Part shown: positions 1 to 12,488 of the stretch, in pieces
Layout: each line of letters begins with the position of its first letter
Numbering within the stretch: the first letter of the stretch is position 1
From: Eledone cirrhosa
Taxonomy: Eukaryota
NCBI GenBank assembly: GCA_964016885.1
Contig: OZ024759.1
Coordinates: 36,766,001-36,830,000, forward strand
Length of the DNA: 64,000 nt
Reading direction: 5' to 3'
Position numbers and translations under genes: made by a program
Notes under the pieces: model-generated
What the model was told of the DNA's origin: nothing
Seen by the model: only the letters and a program-made list of their open reading frames with translations
Database searches by the model: none

Positions 1-494
1 TTCCATAGCTGGGCAAAATGTTATGCCCTTTAGTAGGACACTTTACTCTACATTGAGTTCACTCAGCTGTAGACATAAGTTGCGATGCCACTGGTGCCAA
101 GCTGTATCAGCCTTAGTCTTACTCTTGAACAACTTTGGTGGCATGGGGAGGAGAGACTGGTTTGCATGGTTGACAGCAGGTCTTCCACAAACAAATTTGC
201 CTGGGCTTGTGTATCGAAGGGGAACATTGTAGGTGCAAATACCATGGTCATTCGAAACAAGGGGGTCTTTTTCCTTTGTCTGTGTGCATATATGTGTGTG
301 TGTGTGTGCATGCATATGTGTCTCTGTGTGTGTGTGTGTAGATGTGTGTATAGGAGCACCTGTATTTTCCAAAGATAGATGGCACCTGTAGTATCAATAG
401 TGTGAAACAAAGTTATAGTTCTTCATCAGATTTTGTTTACAGGTTCACACATCATAGATGGAACAACAATAACTATAAGTATTTCTAATTCAAG

Positions 495-1100
495 CAAAAG
501 GCCAGCAATTTTGGTGGAGGAGGAAAAAGTAGATGAAATCTATCACCAGTGTATTACTGGTACTTTATTTTAACGACACACAGAAGGATAAAATACAAAG
601 TTGACTGGTGAGATTTGAAGGTAAAGAACCAAAAGAAAACTGCAAGTTATTTGCCTGATGCTCTGAGGACTCGGCCAATCCACCGTCTTCACAACAACAG
701 CAATAATAATAATAATAATAATGGTCTTTAATTGAGGCACAGGGCCACCAATTTGTGAGAAAAGGAAAGTCGATTATATCAACCCCAGTATATTACTGGT
801 GTTTTATTTTATCGGCCCCATAAGAATGAAAATCAAAGCTATAAACCTTGGCAGGATTTGAAATCAAATCATAAAGGGTTGTAACTCTATGCCATAAAGC
901 ATGTTGTCTGACGTTTTACTGATCCTGCTAATGGCCAGCAATTTGAAGGGAAGGAGAATTGATTAAATCAACTCCAGTTTGTTACTGGTGCTTTATTTTA
1001 TCGACCACCTGTAAGGATGAAAATGTAAAACTAACCTCAGCGGGATTTGAAGTCAGACTATAAAGGGCCATAACACTATGTTACTAATCATGTTGTCCGA
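495..1100 (-). mobile_element. Three tandem partial copies of an octopus-type SINE
   Basis: Repeated block 'ccagt..tactggt..ttt(a)ttttatcg...ggatgaaa...acct.ggc.ggatttgaa.tca'. It is the reverse complement of the + strand copy at 7610-7800. Confidence 0.7.
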
Positions 1101-1489
1101 CCTTAGTGTGTTACTTAATAATAATAAATCTGATATATTTGAAATGACAATAACATATTAGATCCTTCAATATTACCAACTTTAAAATATTTGTGAATTC
1201 CATCTCAACAAAAACCTGTCATGTTTTAAATATTTTATATTTTAGAATTTATTTAATGCTGCATCTGATTAAATCGTCAGGCTTTTCTTGTTTTATATTT
1301 TGCTGTCATTTTAATTTTTGCTTCCTTTTCAGTGAAATTGTAATCAGTTTTATTCATGAAAATAAAAATTTTTAGTTAAAATTACCAAAATTTCTTTAAA
1401 AAAGAAAGGAAAAAAAATGTTATATTTATCTTTTACATCTTGGTGTAAAAAATTTCTGTTGCAAAGTTTTCAACCTGTTTGCTGATAGA

Positions 1490-1890
1490 TTGCACCCAGT
1501 CCACTCTGTAAAGTGATAGTACTGGTGTCATGATAAAATACACCCAGTACACTCTGTAAAGTGGTAGTGCTGGAGCCATGATGAAATACACTCAGTTCTC
1601 TGAAAAATCATAGTGCTGGTGCCATGATAAAATGCACAAGAGCATACAGGTGTAGAAACTGAGCCAAAATACAGATCTGTATGAGCATGATGTGGTCTCC
1701 AGACATGACTTGACTGATAACGAAACAACCCATCTAATCCATGTAAGCATGGAAAATGGACATTAAATGATGATGAAAACGTAATGCTGGTGTAACAATA
1801 CAATGCACCTAGTCCAGTTTGTAAAGTATAATGCTGGTGTCACAATAAACTGCACCCAGTACACTCTGTAAAGTGTAATGCTGGTGTCAC
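1490..1890 (+). repeat. Tandem degenerate units derived from the RTE/SINE 3' UTR
   Basis: Repeated 'cacccagtacactctgtaaagtg', similar to the RTE 3' UTR at 18240-18310, plus a 'ggacattaaatgatgatg' tail near 1760. Confidence 0.65.
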
Positions 1891-2282
1891 ATGCTTGGTA
1901 ACACTAAAGAGCCCTATCAATTCCTAAATTGTCCAAACAATATGACAAAGATTTTAACATCAAGAAATAAATAATAAAATTTAAAAGTTGTTAAAAAAAA
2001 TACCCCAAAAGATTTTTTAAATGGTTGACTTTTCCTTCTTAAACTAATTGCTGCATTATTTATTTTAAATCTTTGTTTTATCAGTAGTTCCTGCAGTTAA
2101 TATGAATGGATGTCTCTTGTTTTTTAAACTTTTATCTTCACCAGCCCCCAAAAAACAGCTGCAAACTGCTTTTTTCTGTTTTTTTTTAGGTTCTATTTAG
2201 TCTCCACACGAGTATTTCTCTCTCTTTAGTTGCCGCCATCTTTTTATTTCGGATTTTTGGCTTCAATGTCTATATGTGTGTA

Positions 2283-2315
<33 letters not shown>

Positions 2316-2368
2316 GGCTGTTATTATTTCTCAATGTATATATACATGTATATAGATGTTATTTCTCA

Positions 2369-2438
<70 letters not shown>

Positions 2439-2729
2439 TGATGTAATTATTTTAAATATGGATGATGTTGCCTTTGTCTGTGTGTCTGTTACCTAACTCA
2501 GTAAATGTTAGAAAAGAAGCAACTACACTATGTTTCATTGTGGCACCACCACTACCACTTTACAGAGTGGACTGGGTGTGTTTTATCAAGCACCACCACT
2601 AACTGTTGGGTAATGAAACCTGGGTCTGATGCTGAAGTCACCAGTTCGCTGTTGGAGAAAGTATCTGGGTTTTTGTTCCACCTCAGGGACCTCAACCCAG
2701 GGTATTTAGGTAGCTACTTAGTGTCAATA

Positions 2730-3352
2730 ATGAAGGCACATGTTTTAGGGGTTAAGGTGTTGGACATTATGATTGTAATATCGTAGGTTCAATTCCTGGC
2801 CTAGGTGGTGTGTTGTGTTCTTGAGCAAAACACTTCATTTCACATTGCTCAAGTACATTCAGCTGAGAATGAGTTACCAGTAACAACTGGGTGTTTAACC
2901 CTGTGATGGACTGGCGTTCTATCCTGGGGGAGGTCTTGTACTCTCAGTCGCTTAACGCCACAAAAACCAGGATAAGCGCCAGCTTAATGAGCCTCCAAGC
3001 TTAAGACAGACTTCAATAGACTGGTGACCTATCTAGGGGGAAGTCTTGTACCCCTATTTGCTTAACTCAAGGAAACCGGGATAAGTACTGGCCTGATTTG
3101 CCGGCAGGCTTGGAACATACTTTAATCCTGTGAGGGAATATCCAGGGGGAGATTTGTAACCCCAGTTACTTAATGTTAAGGAAATTGAGATAAATAACAG
3201 CCTGATGAGCCTCCGGGCTGAAGGACGGACTTCAATTCTGCAAGGGACTGGTGTCCTATCCAGAGAGAAGTCTTGTACTCTCAGTCGCTCAACTTGAAGG
3301 AAACTGGTATAAGCATCGGCCTAATGACTCTCAGGGCTTGGGACAGACTTTA
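2730..3352 (+). mobile_element. tRNA/CORE-type SINE with about four tandem ~115-bp 3' units
   Basis: B-box-like GGTTCAATTCC and CORE-like 'gtgttcttgagcaaaacact', followed by repeated 'gactgg..tcctatccaggggg..gtcttgtactctcag..gcctgatgagcct' units. Confidence 0.65.
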
Positions 3353-3437
3353 GACTTTTTATTTAGGTTGTTAATACTGCACTAATTAATTCCTCTGTAT
3401 CTCTAACGATGTTCTACCTCTTTCTTTATTATTTCAG

Positions 3438-3574
3438 CCTCCAATTGACATTGTCATCACAGATGCTGGGCCCCTCACAAGATCCCTACTCAAGTTCTTA
3501 CACGATATGTCAACATCATCTTCAAACAACTCTGTTATCCACCCAGATACTCTTTTTGGACAGATTTGTAAAAA
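3438..3574 (+). CDS. USP16/USP45: USP16/USP45-family ubiquitin-specific protease, first coding exon visible in window
   Basis: ttcag|CCT...AA|gtgagt. Translates PPIDIVITDAGPLTRSLLKFLHDMSTSSSNNSVIHPDTLFGQICK, matching the GPLT...LF.Q.CKK segment of USP16/45. Ends in phase 2, compatible with the next exon. Confidence 0.9.
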
Positions 3575-4173
3575 GTGAGTACATAAGACATTCCTCCCCC
3601 AAAAGCACGACCATCCGATCTTTTTAAGACTCCATTATCTAATGTGTCCTTTTCTTAAGATGGTTGAATTGAGGGAGATTTGGCTGGTATTTCTTGGCAA
3701 GTTGTGTAACCTTGTAGCGAAGGTGACCCCTTTCTCAACATTGAATCTACATCCTCTCTATCATGATTCCTTCTCCACTCCCTCCCCTACCATTTCAAAG
3801 CTACTCTGCAACATCATTCCATCTTTGTAGGGCTCCATTATCTAATGTGTCCTTTCCGTATTTAATATATTAGACTGATTTGAGGGAGATTTGGCTGGTA
3901 TTTCTAGCAAACATTGAAGCCAAGTCTCCAGTGTGAAGATTCCTTCCATCCTCTGTTCAGCAACATTTCAAAGCTACTGAGAGCGGGAACGTTTTGATAT
4001 GAATGGCACTAATATAGCTTTGAGGGGGTCTTTTGATAATGTCTTTCTTTTTGACTAAGTGATAAAACCCTGCCCCACAAAATAAAGCCCCTTTCTAGAC
4101 CCTCTGTCCATTAATTCTCTCAGGCAACTGTTTGTATTAGTTTTAAGGAATTGTTCTATGTTTGACATGACAG

Positions 4174-4261
4174 AGCTCCCAGATTCAAAGGCTTCCAGCA
4201 ACAAGACAGCCATGAGTTGCTTCATACTCTTCTAGATGTGATGAGAACTGAAGAAATTGAG
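4174..4261 (+). CDS. USP16/USP45: USP16/45 exon with QQD box
   Basis: cag|A GCT...GAG|gtcagt. (K)APRFKGFQQQDSHELLHTLLDVMRTEEIE is the conserved USP QQDxxE motif. Confidence 0.95.
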
Positions 4262-4343
4262 GTCAGTTTAAACTAATATACTTCTGTCTTCGCCTGCATC
4301 GTATCTAATTCTATATTTATATATATGTGTGTGTATATATGTG

Positions 4344-4376
<33 letters not shown>

Positions 4377-4437
4377 ATATGTGTGTGTATGTGTGTATAT
4401 GTGTGTGTATGTGTGTCTATCTGCCTATCTATCTCTA

Positions 4438-4468
<31 letters not shown>

Positions 4469-4671
4469 TAACTGTGTTTACTCTGGGTGAAAACATATTA
4501 ACTTCTCACACCTTTGAGTGCTTTGTTACTGCCTCTAACAATTCGATTAGTATCTGCTATACTATGGCTGCAACTTGGTTTTATACACATTATTATATTA
4601 TATATATATATGTTTCTATCTATCTGTCTATCTATATATGTCTATATATCTATATCTTTCTGTCTATCCAG

Positions 4672-4750
4672 CGTGCTCACATGGGTATCAAGCATTACTT
4701 CAAGGTGAATCTAAATAAAATTAACAACAAAACCCACAGTAAAATTAAAG
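4672..4750 (+). CDS. USP16/USP45: USP16/45 exon
   Basis: ccag|CGT...AAA G|gtaaac. RAHMGIKHYFKVNLNKINNKTHSKIK; phase 0 to 1 links both neighbouring exons. Confidence 0.85.
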
Positions 4751-4829
4751 GTAAACCAGACATGTATTCTTCATTTCTTTTTCTTTCTTCAGTCATTTCA
4801 GTGACCATGCTGGAGCAATGCCTTGTTAA

Positions 4830-5052
4830 CCCTTTTGATAATAAACTGTTGATGGTTCTCTGATACAAGCAGTTTATTTTAACTGGTGATCATAATTTTA
4901 AGTTAGAACGTTCGTTAAGTTATGTTTCAAACACCAGATTAATAATGAGAAAGTTTGTTATATGAATTAATTCCTCTAAATTTTTGAGGATTTTCAAAAC
5001 TATTTGAAAGTCATTATCAATATCTTTCATAAGAAATATGGAAACAAAGGGG
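4830..5052. mobile_element. Possible piggyBac-type MITE (degenerate TIRs)
   Basis: TTAA|CCCTTTTG...CAAAGGGG|TTAA. Confidence 0.45.
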
Positions 5053-5157
5053 TTAAATTTATTCTTTTGTCATTATTTTTCATATTTTTTCATCCCATTT
5101 ATTTGCCAAACTGTAAAAATCCAAAGTGTATATCTATCTATCCATCTATTTATACAG

Positions 5158-5246
5158 AATATTGTCACCAAGCCAAGTATACCTTTATTGACCGATTATT
5201 TGGTGGACATCTCATCAGCACAGTCTCATGTGGCGTTTGTCAACAT
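5158..5246 (+). CDS. USP16/USP45: USP16/45 exon (F.G box and first CxxC)
   Basis: acag|AA TAT...CAT|gtaggt. (E)YCHQAKYTFIDRLFGGHLISTVSCGVCQH. Confidence 0.95.
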
Positions 5247-5538
5247 GTAGGTTTACTTTTACTTTTTACAGAATTACAATAATTCTTGTTCTCTTTTGTT
5301 GGGGGTTGCATCACTACCATCCCTATCACTCTGTCACCATCACTACCATCATTATCACTCTGTCACCATCATCACCATCCCTATCACCAGCGTCAACACC
5401 ATCACCACCATCACCTCTGCCACCACCAGGTGTAACCCTGGCTATAATCACTGCCAAGTACCTATGGTGTCTCATGTGTGGGAGAGGACAGGGATGTAAT
5501 CACTGCCAGTTACCTCATCCAATGTTTCTGTTTTTTAG

Positions 5539-5595
5539 ATGTCTCAGATATTTGAACCATTCCTGGATCTTTCTCTACCTGTCATTGAGGAGAAG
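5539..5595 (+). CDS. USP16/USP45: USP16/45 exon (FLDLSLP motif)
   Basis: tttag|ATG...AAG|gtgagt. MSQIFEPFLDLSLPVIEEK. Confidence 0.95.
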
Positions 5596-5820
5596 GTGAG
5601 TAATATCTTTATATATTCATATATATACACACATGTACATGCATATATATACATATATATATACACACACTCTCTGAAAGGTATGCTCATACACATAGTA
5701 CACACACATACATATTTATTCATACACACACACTCAGGCTACACACACACACATACTACACATAGGCACTCATACTACACTCACATGGTTCTTGTGGTCT
5801 GTATTGTTGTTGTTTTCCAG

Positions 5821-5964
5821 CCCCTTCGACCAAATCTCTCTGTTGGAACAAAAAAGAAAGACTCTACCAATGGCAATGATACGGTGCCACTTGTGGAGAA
5901 TGTAACTAAACCAATGAGTAAATATGCTGAACGTAAGCTGAAGAGACAGACCAAGAAAGAGAAG
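5821..5964 (+). CDS. USP16/USP45: USP16/45 exon (basic start of the catalytic-domain insertion)
   Basis: ttccag|CCC...AAG|gtatgt. 48 codons ending SKYAERKLKRQTKKEK. Confidence 0.9.
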
Positions 5965-6952
5965 GTATGTGGTGTTGTGGTTGCGGTTGCGGTGGTGGTC
6001 ATGTATGTTACTGTTGTCGATGATTGTGTTTATGGTCTTATTGCTTGTGTTGGGGATATATACATATATATATATGTGTGTATATATATATGTGTATATA
6101 AAGGGCAAACAGAAATAACAAAGCAAACGACACAGTACAATGAAGAAATATATTATTTTTATGCTTGATGTGGTAGGAAAAGTATTTTAACGTTTTAGAC
6201 ACTAGTCCTTCATAAAAAAATAGAATGAGAAATTAAAGAAGAAATAGAAAGTTAGAGGAGAGTGAGTGAGGGCAGAAACGAAAAACAAGTCTTTTCAGGT
6301 CAACATCTCTTGGAAATATCATTAAAAAAACAGGGTGGTCCTGGTTGAAACACTTTTGAGCATAGGTCTACTTCATTAGGGTTGACTTATTATTATGTTA
6401 GTGTTTCGTTTGTGGTACAGCAAACAGCACGGTTGGTGATATGAAGGGCACCCTGTCATACAAGCCACATCAAGTATAGAATATATGAGTGAGATGAAGC
6501 TGCTCTGACCCATGCTGGTGTGGGAACTGGACATAGAAAAGAAGATATTACTGCTGCAGCTGCTACTGATGATCATGGCTAATTCATCATCATCAGCATC
6601 ATCATCATCATCATCAAATATCTATTTTCCCTACTAGAAAGGGTTGTGTGGGTCTACATAGACCAAGTCAGTACTGAAATGGGGCTACAATCTCCCAAAC
6701 AGGCCAGTAGGGTCTATATCTCCCTTTATGTATGTTCTCGCATCCTACCAAGTGCATAGGAGAGGATGTCATGTCTTTAACACAACTGAAGGGTCCCCCC
6801 CAACCCTTTGTTTGGCAAACTTTCTATGACTAGATGCTCTTTCTATCACCAACAGTATGTACTGGGTGTATTGTGTTGATTACCAAGACTAGGGAGCTTG
6901 TCATATCCTTGACACAACTAAAGGGTCCTATTTTATTTTTGTCTGTTTGCAG

Positions 6953-7169
6953 CGTAAGATGAATAAAGCTCGGAACCAGTTGAGTCAGCTGTCCCTTGAT
7001 GAGAAGACTGAAGCTGATGGTAACGAGAGCAAGTGTGAGCAAGAGAAGGCCAATAATGAAGAGGAAGAGAATGCAGAGGATGAAGAAGAAGAGGAGGAGG
7101 TTGAGAATGAGAAAGAATCCCAGGAGAAGGCGGAGGAGACTCGCAGTAACTGCAAGGAAGACACGTCCG
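6953..7169 (+). CDS. USP16/USP45: USP16/45 exon (acidic insertion)
   Basis: ttgcag|CGT...TCC G|gtaagt. Glu-rich; phase 0 to 1. Confidence 0.88.
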
Positions 7170-7280
7170 GTAAGTTTATGCAGTGTCATGGTGGATGTAG
7201 CTAATTCTGCTAGAAATAACAGCCAAATTACTCTCAAACCACACAACACCCTACTACTACTATCATCATCACCATACAAG

Positions 7281-7380
7281 GATACAGTGTACCTATTGTA
7301 AACCTGATATACACAGGGATACAGTGTACCTATTGTAAACCAGATACAAGGATACAGTGTACCTATTGTAAACCTGATAT
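7281..7380. repeat. Three-copy local tandem duplication
   Basis: 'gatacagtgtacctattgtaaacc' at about 7281, 7318 and 7351. Confidence 0.85.
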
Positions 7381-7609
7381 ATGCAGTGACATTAAAGATT
7401 GTATTCTGGGTAAAATAGTCTTTTAAAAATGTTTGACTTGATGGTCAGGGCTGACCTGGGGCTAAACAACTGCTGTTTCATTATTTAACTCCAGGTCAGC
7501 GATAAGCAAGCTGGTCTATGATAAAAGGTGTTCCATTTGTCACCATACTGTATGAGTGTGGTTCTAATATATTTTATGTTTTCATTATGTTGTCTCTCTC
7601 TCTCTTATG

Positions 7610-7800
7610 GATTGGTAGAGTTGTTGGAGCATCGGACAACATGCTTTGCAGCATAGAGTTACGGCTCTTTACATTCTGTGTTCAAATCCTGCCGAGGTCA
7701 ACTTTGCCTTTCATCCTACTGAGATCGATAAAATAAAGTACCAGTAACACACTGGGGTTGATTTAATCGACTTTCCTCTCCCCCAAAATTATTGGCCTTG
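7610..7800 (+). mobile_element. Octopus-type tRNA-derived SINE
   Basis: B-box-like 'gttcaaatcctgccgaggtcaactttgcctttcatcc...gataaaataaagtaccagt'; same family as 495-1100. Confidence 0.7.
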
Positions 7801-7807
7801 TGTTTAA

Positions 7808-8025
7808 CCCTTTAACATTTACATTACTCTGTACTGACTATTGTATTTTCATAGTAAAGGCTTAATCTCACATAATTATCCCACATAATATCGAAGCTAT
7901 GCAATTTTGATATCTATTTTGAGAATAATACCTTAATATCAGTATGAGTGGCAGGTTATGGCTGGTTTGAACAGAAAGAGGTTAGAGAATTCTGGCCGGA
8001 TATGGCCGGTTTAAATGCTAAAGGG
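7808..8025. mobile_element. piggyBac-type MITE, 218 bp
   Basis: TTAA TSD on both sides (7804-7807, 8026-8029). 14-bp TIRs CCCTTTAACATTTA / TAAATGCTAAAGGG with 1 mismatch. A related left end occurs near 20696. Confidence 0.8.
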
Positions 8026-8077
8026 TTAAATCATAAACCATTATATTCTTCCCTCTCTCTCTTAACTCTTCTCAAAG

Positions 8078-9019
8078 ATGCAGACATTGAAGATAATATC
8101 GACAATGAAGGCAACCGGCGTCATAGAAGTAAGGAGAATGGAAGTATATTGAAAAATAAATTAGATGAGAGTAGCACATCACTGAAGAAAGATTCCGAGA
8201 AGGACGTAGATGTTGCATTCACCTCAAAAGAAGAGACTAACAGCACAAATAATCTTGTTAATTCCTCCATCGATTCTCTGCAACATCCACTGGAAAACCT
8301 GGACCAAGACGCTCCTACGTGTTGCTCAGAGGCAGAGACTGATAAACTAGAAAATAAAGATGGCTACGAAGTTGATAAACGGTCATCTTTAGAACTGACC
8401 GGCTATGTAGTGTGTCAGGGTGGTGTGGACAATGATTGTCCTCTGAACGAGGGTCCTGAGGATAGCAATAGGGTAGCTTCTTTTGATACCATGTCTTCCC
8501 TGGAGATTGCAAACACGGACAGTTCCATCAAACTGTCCTTGTCTGACGAGCTGGAAAAAGGAGCCATCGAGGCGTCGGAATCGGTGACCAAGTGTTTCAG
8601 TTCTGAAGCGCTTCCAGAGGCGCCGGCCAAAATGGTGTCGATCCACGAAGAGATACAGTGTGAGGGTGAGAACAACCCACACAGTTTGGGCCATACTCTT
8701 AGCTCGGTGGCAACGAAATCGTCGATGTGTGTCGCCCAGATGTTGTCTAACTGCAGCCAGGGACCTCCGCTGGCACATCCGGAAGAAGGTGACCTCGATG
8801 ACCTTGACGAAAAAGACTATGTGAATATGAGGTCAATCAAACGCCAAGCACAGGCCAAATCTATGTCCACACTAATACCTCGATCACGTCTAACAAATCG
8901 GAAGTGTTCTATCTTGTCTTCTTTGCATCAGTTTACATCTGCGGAACTTTTAACGGGCAACAACAAGGTACGATGTAAGAATTGCTCCCAACGCAAGGAG
9001 AAGAATTCTTCTAGTAACA
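8078..9019 (+). CDS. USP16/USP45: USP16/45 large exon (low-complexity insertion, then LHQFTSAELLTGNNKVRCKNC)
   Basis: ctcaaag|AT GCA GAC...AAC A|gtaagt. Open for 942 nt; contains the USP L..FT..E.L.G.NK..C..C motif; phase 1 to 1. Confidence 0.92.
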
Positions 9020-9438
9020 GTAAGTTGGTCATATTTTATTATTGTGATGAACGTGTGGGCGTGTGTTGTGTGGTGGTGTTGTGATGTTGTGTGTTGTGTG
9101 GTGGTGTAGTGGGCTATGTTGTGTTGTGTGTGTTGTGTTGTGTTGTGTGTTGTGGCAGTCTTCTATTGATTTCTGTCTATGATCCCTATATGTATACACA
9201 CACATATGTAAATGTGTACATGGCTGTATATTTATATATACATACACGTATAAATTTGTGTGTGTTTGTGTATATATACAAAGAGAGAGAGAGTAGGTGC
9301 ATGGTTTAGTGGTCAATTTTGGGCTTAATACTACTATATATATATATACACACACACATATACACCCTATTTACTGTCTGTCCCTATATATATACACACA
9401 CATATACACCCTATTTACTGTCTGTCCCTCTGTTCCAG

Positions 9439-9530
9439 AAAAGGAAGCTACCTACACCAATGCCAGTAAACAGTTCTTGATATTTAGACCACCGGCTATC
9501 CTCACACTTCACCTCAAGAGATTTGAACAG
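9439..9530 (+). CDS. USP16/USP45: USP16/45 exon (LHLKRF box)
   Basis: ttccag|AA AAG...CAG|gtaacc. KEATYTNASKQFLIFRPPAILTLHLKRFEQ. Confidence 0.95.
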
Positions 9531-9624
9531 GTAACCTCCTCTTCCACAATTCACTCTTTCATTCCAACCATGACTACCATGTCCACAACATCAATTGCCA
9601 ATATATATATACACACACAGACAT

Positions 9625-10175
9625 AATCATCATCATTTTACGTCCGCTTTTCCCTGGTTGCACGGATCGGACGGGTCTTATTAAGCACGTCATCTCTCCA
9701 TTCGTCACGGTCCTTTGTCATCTCCTCCGTGAGCTTCAGCATGTTTTTCATGGTCTTCCTTGACTGCGTCTTCCTTCTACTAGGATTTCTTGGCACTTCT
9801 TTACCCAGCGGTCATCCTCCATGCGCATCGCATGTCCATACCATCTCAATCTTCTCTCCTGCACACTACAACTTATCCCTCCTATACACAGTTTCTCTCT
9901 CAACTCATCTATGCTTGGTCGTTCACACTCATTGACATTGCACATCCAACGGAGCATGCTTGCTTCATTTGTCTCCAGCCGTCACACATCCTCTGCAGTT
10001 GCTGCCCATGTCTCACTACCATGCAGCATCGTGCATCTCTTTTATAACCGGCCTTTCGTTCATAGGGAGAAGCCCTTCTTTGTCAACAGAGGGAGCAGTT
10101 CCCTAAACTTCTTCCAACCCGTCATTATTCTAGATACGATGGCCTCGCAGAACCCCCCTCCCTTAATAATCATGA
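9625..10175 (-). mobile_element. RTE LINE 3' fragment (decayed)
   Basis: Minus-strand MLRWMCNV...VQERRLRWYGH...GRP is homologous to the C-terminus of the 15699-18176 ORF. GGACGTAAAA(TGA)n tail at 9625-9648. Confidence 0.9.
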
Positions 10176-10365
10176 CATGAATATATATATATATAATGTG
10201 AGTGTGTATTTTGAACATCTATTGATATATGGTACTTTAACAAATAAACATTTTGAAAGCCCTTTAATTATGAATTATGGAAGCTGCTTGCTGCACCATC
10301 TACCAGATTCCTGATGTATATGTATATATGTATGTATATATATATGTATGTATACATATATTTAT

Positions 10366-10975
10366 GTCAGGTCACCAGTTGGTGCTACTGGTAACATGTA
10401 TCCCAGTACAACCTGTCTCATGGTCGGCTCGTTGGCGACTAAACTGGCAACCCCACCAAGGTTTCTTGGTGAGGAGGGTGACTTTGGACATCCTGCAGGA
10501 CTAAAAACAAAACCTGTCAAAGGGCAAAGGAGCTCTTAAGAGTCAATGGCCATCCAAAATCACCGGGAGAGATGACTCCTTAGCCTTTGTCAAGGCAGAA
10601 TTCTAGGAGAAGGAAAACTCTGATATAACACCTGCAACCCTGATGGTATCCAATGATGTTGACTTGTTCTTCTTTTTGGTAAATGTCCTCTTGGTTAAGA
10701 GAGTGGGACTGGCTTTGTGCAGTGCCTTTGCTCACTATAAAAGCTTCACGGCACAGGCATTGCTTTATATCTGGAGATCTCTCTGCACTTGTCGTCACAT
10801 GGTACCATGGGCCCAGCACTATGTGTCAATAATTGTCACAGGTGTAGTGTTTGTACCAGAGTTTTCAAGTCGCTGGCTGGACTAAAAAGTCACACTCGTT
10901 CAGCGCATCGGTAGGGGTTCTCCTACATGGATATAAAGTAGTGGCCGTACTCGAAAACGAGTTGGCAGTCACCAT
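10366..10975 (+). mobile_element. Probable non-LTR (RTE-like) 5' UTR fragment
   Basis: GC-richer island bounded by (TA)n with 'gaaggaaaactctga' and an HDV-like fold at its 5' edge. Family assignment is inference. Confidence 0.45.
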
Positions 10976-11110
10976 GTATATATATATGTATATATATATA
11001 TATGTATTTATATATATATGTATATATATATATATATATGTATGTATATATATATGTATATATATGTATATATATGTATATATATATGTATATATATGTA
11101 TATATATATG

Positions 11111-11163
<53 letters not shown>

Positions 11164-11304
11164 ATATATATACATATATGTATATATATATATACATATA
11201 TGTATATATATATATTCTCGTCCCACCCTTGCAAGCAGGGAAAAGTGGACGTAAAATGATGATGATGATGATGATATACATATATGTATATATATATATA
11301 TACA

Positions 11305-11359
<55 letters not shown>

Positions 11360-11387
11360 GTAAATATATATATATATATATATGTAA

Positions 11388-11426
<39 letters not shown>

Positions 11427-11441
11427 TACATGTATATATAT

Positions 11442-11767
11442 ATATTGTTATACTTTGGGAGGGTCATGTTGCCAATAAGAAACACACGCACCAGTTGCTT
11501 TCACTTCAATTTAATTTAATATATATTTTTAAATTTACAAATTCATAAATTTCTGGTTGGTTGGTTGGTTCCACAACCAGATAGTTGTTTATATATATAG
11601 ATGACTATATATATATATAAACAACTATCTGGTTGTGGAACCAACCAACCAACCAGAAATTTATGAATTTGTAAATTTATAAATATATATTAAATTAAAT
11701 TGAAGTGAAAGCAACTGGTGCGTGTGTTTCTTATTGGCAACATGACCCTCCCAAAGTATAACAATAT
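11442..11767. repeat. Near-perfect palindrome, arms about 160 bp, 4-nt loop
   Basis: 11442-11600 is the reverse complement of 11605-11767, with one substitution and a (TA) copy-number difference. Loop is ATGA. Confidence 0.95.
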
Positions 11768-11866
11768 CGGTTTCAACACACGATTTCAGATAAAGAATCT
11801 TGCTAAACAAATTCAGAAACGATATATATATATATATATACATGTATATATATATATATATACATG

Positions 11867-11947
<81 letters not shown>

Positions 11948-11988
11948 GTATATATATATGTATATATATATATATGTATATATATATG

Positions 11989-12057
<69 letters not shown>

Positions 12058-12064
12058 GTATATA

Positions 12065-12121
<57 letters not shown>

Positions 12122-12136
12122 GTATATATATATATG

Positions 12137-12221
<85 letters not shown>

Positions 12222-12258
12222 GTATGTATATATATATGTATATATATATATATATATG

Positions 12259-12305
<47 letters not shown>

Positions 12306-12390
12306 GTATGTATATATATATGTATATATATATATATATATGCATGTATATATATATATGTATATATATATATGTATATATATATATATG

Positions 12391-12487
<97 letters not shown>

Positions 12488-12488
<1 letters not shown>

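Noticed and set aside
3202-3240. CTGATGAG hammerhead core candidate
   Set aside because: No GAAA...UH half or helix I; part of the SINE 3' repeat.
1-3437. Search for USP Cys-box or ZnF-UBP exons
   Set aside because: No GLxNLGNTC-encoding exon was found; presumably upstream of the window.
7948-8077. 5' part of the 378-aa ORF
   Set aside because: Lies in the MITE and intron; the phase-compatible acceptor is at 8077.
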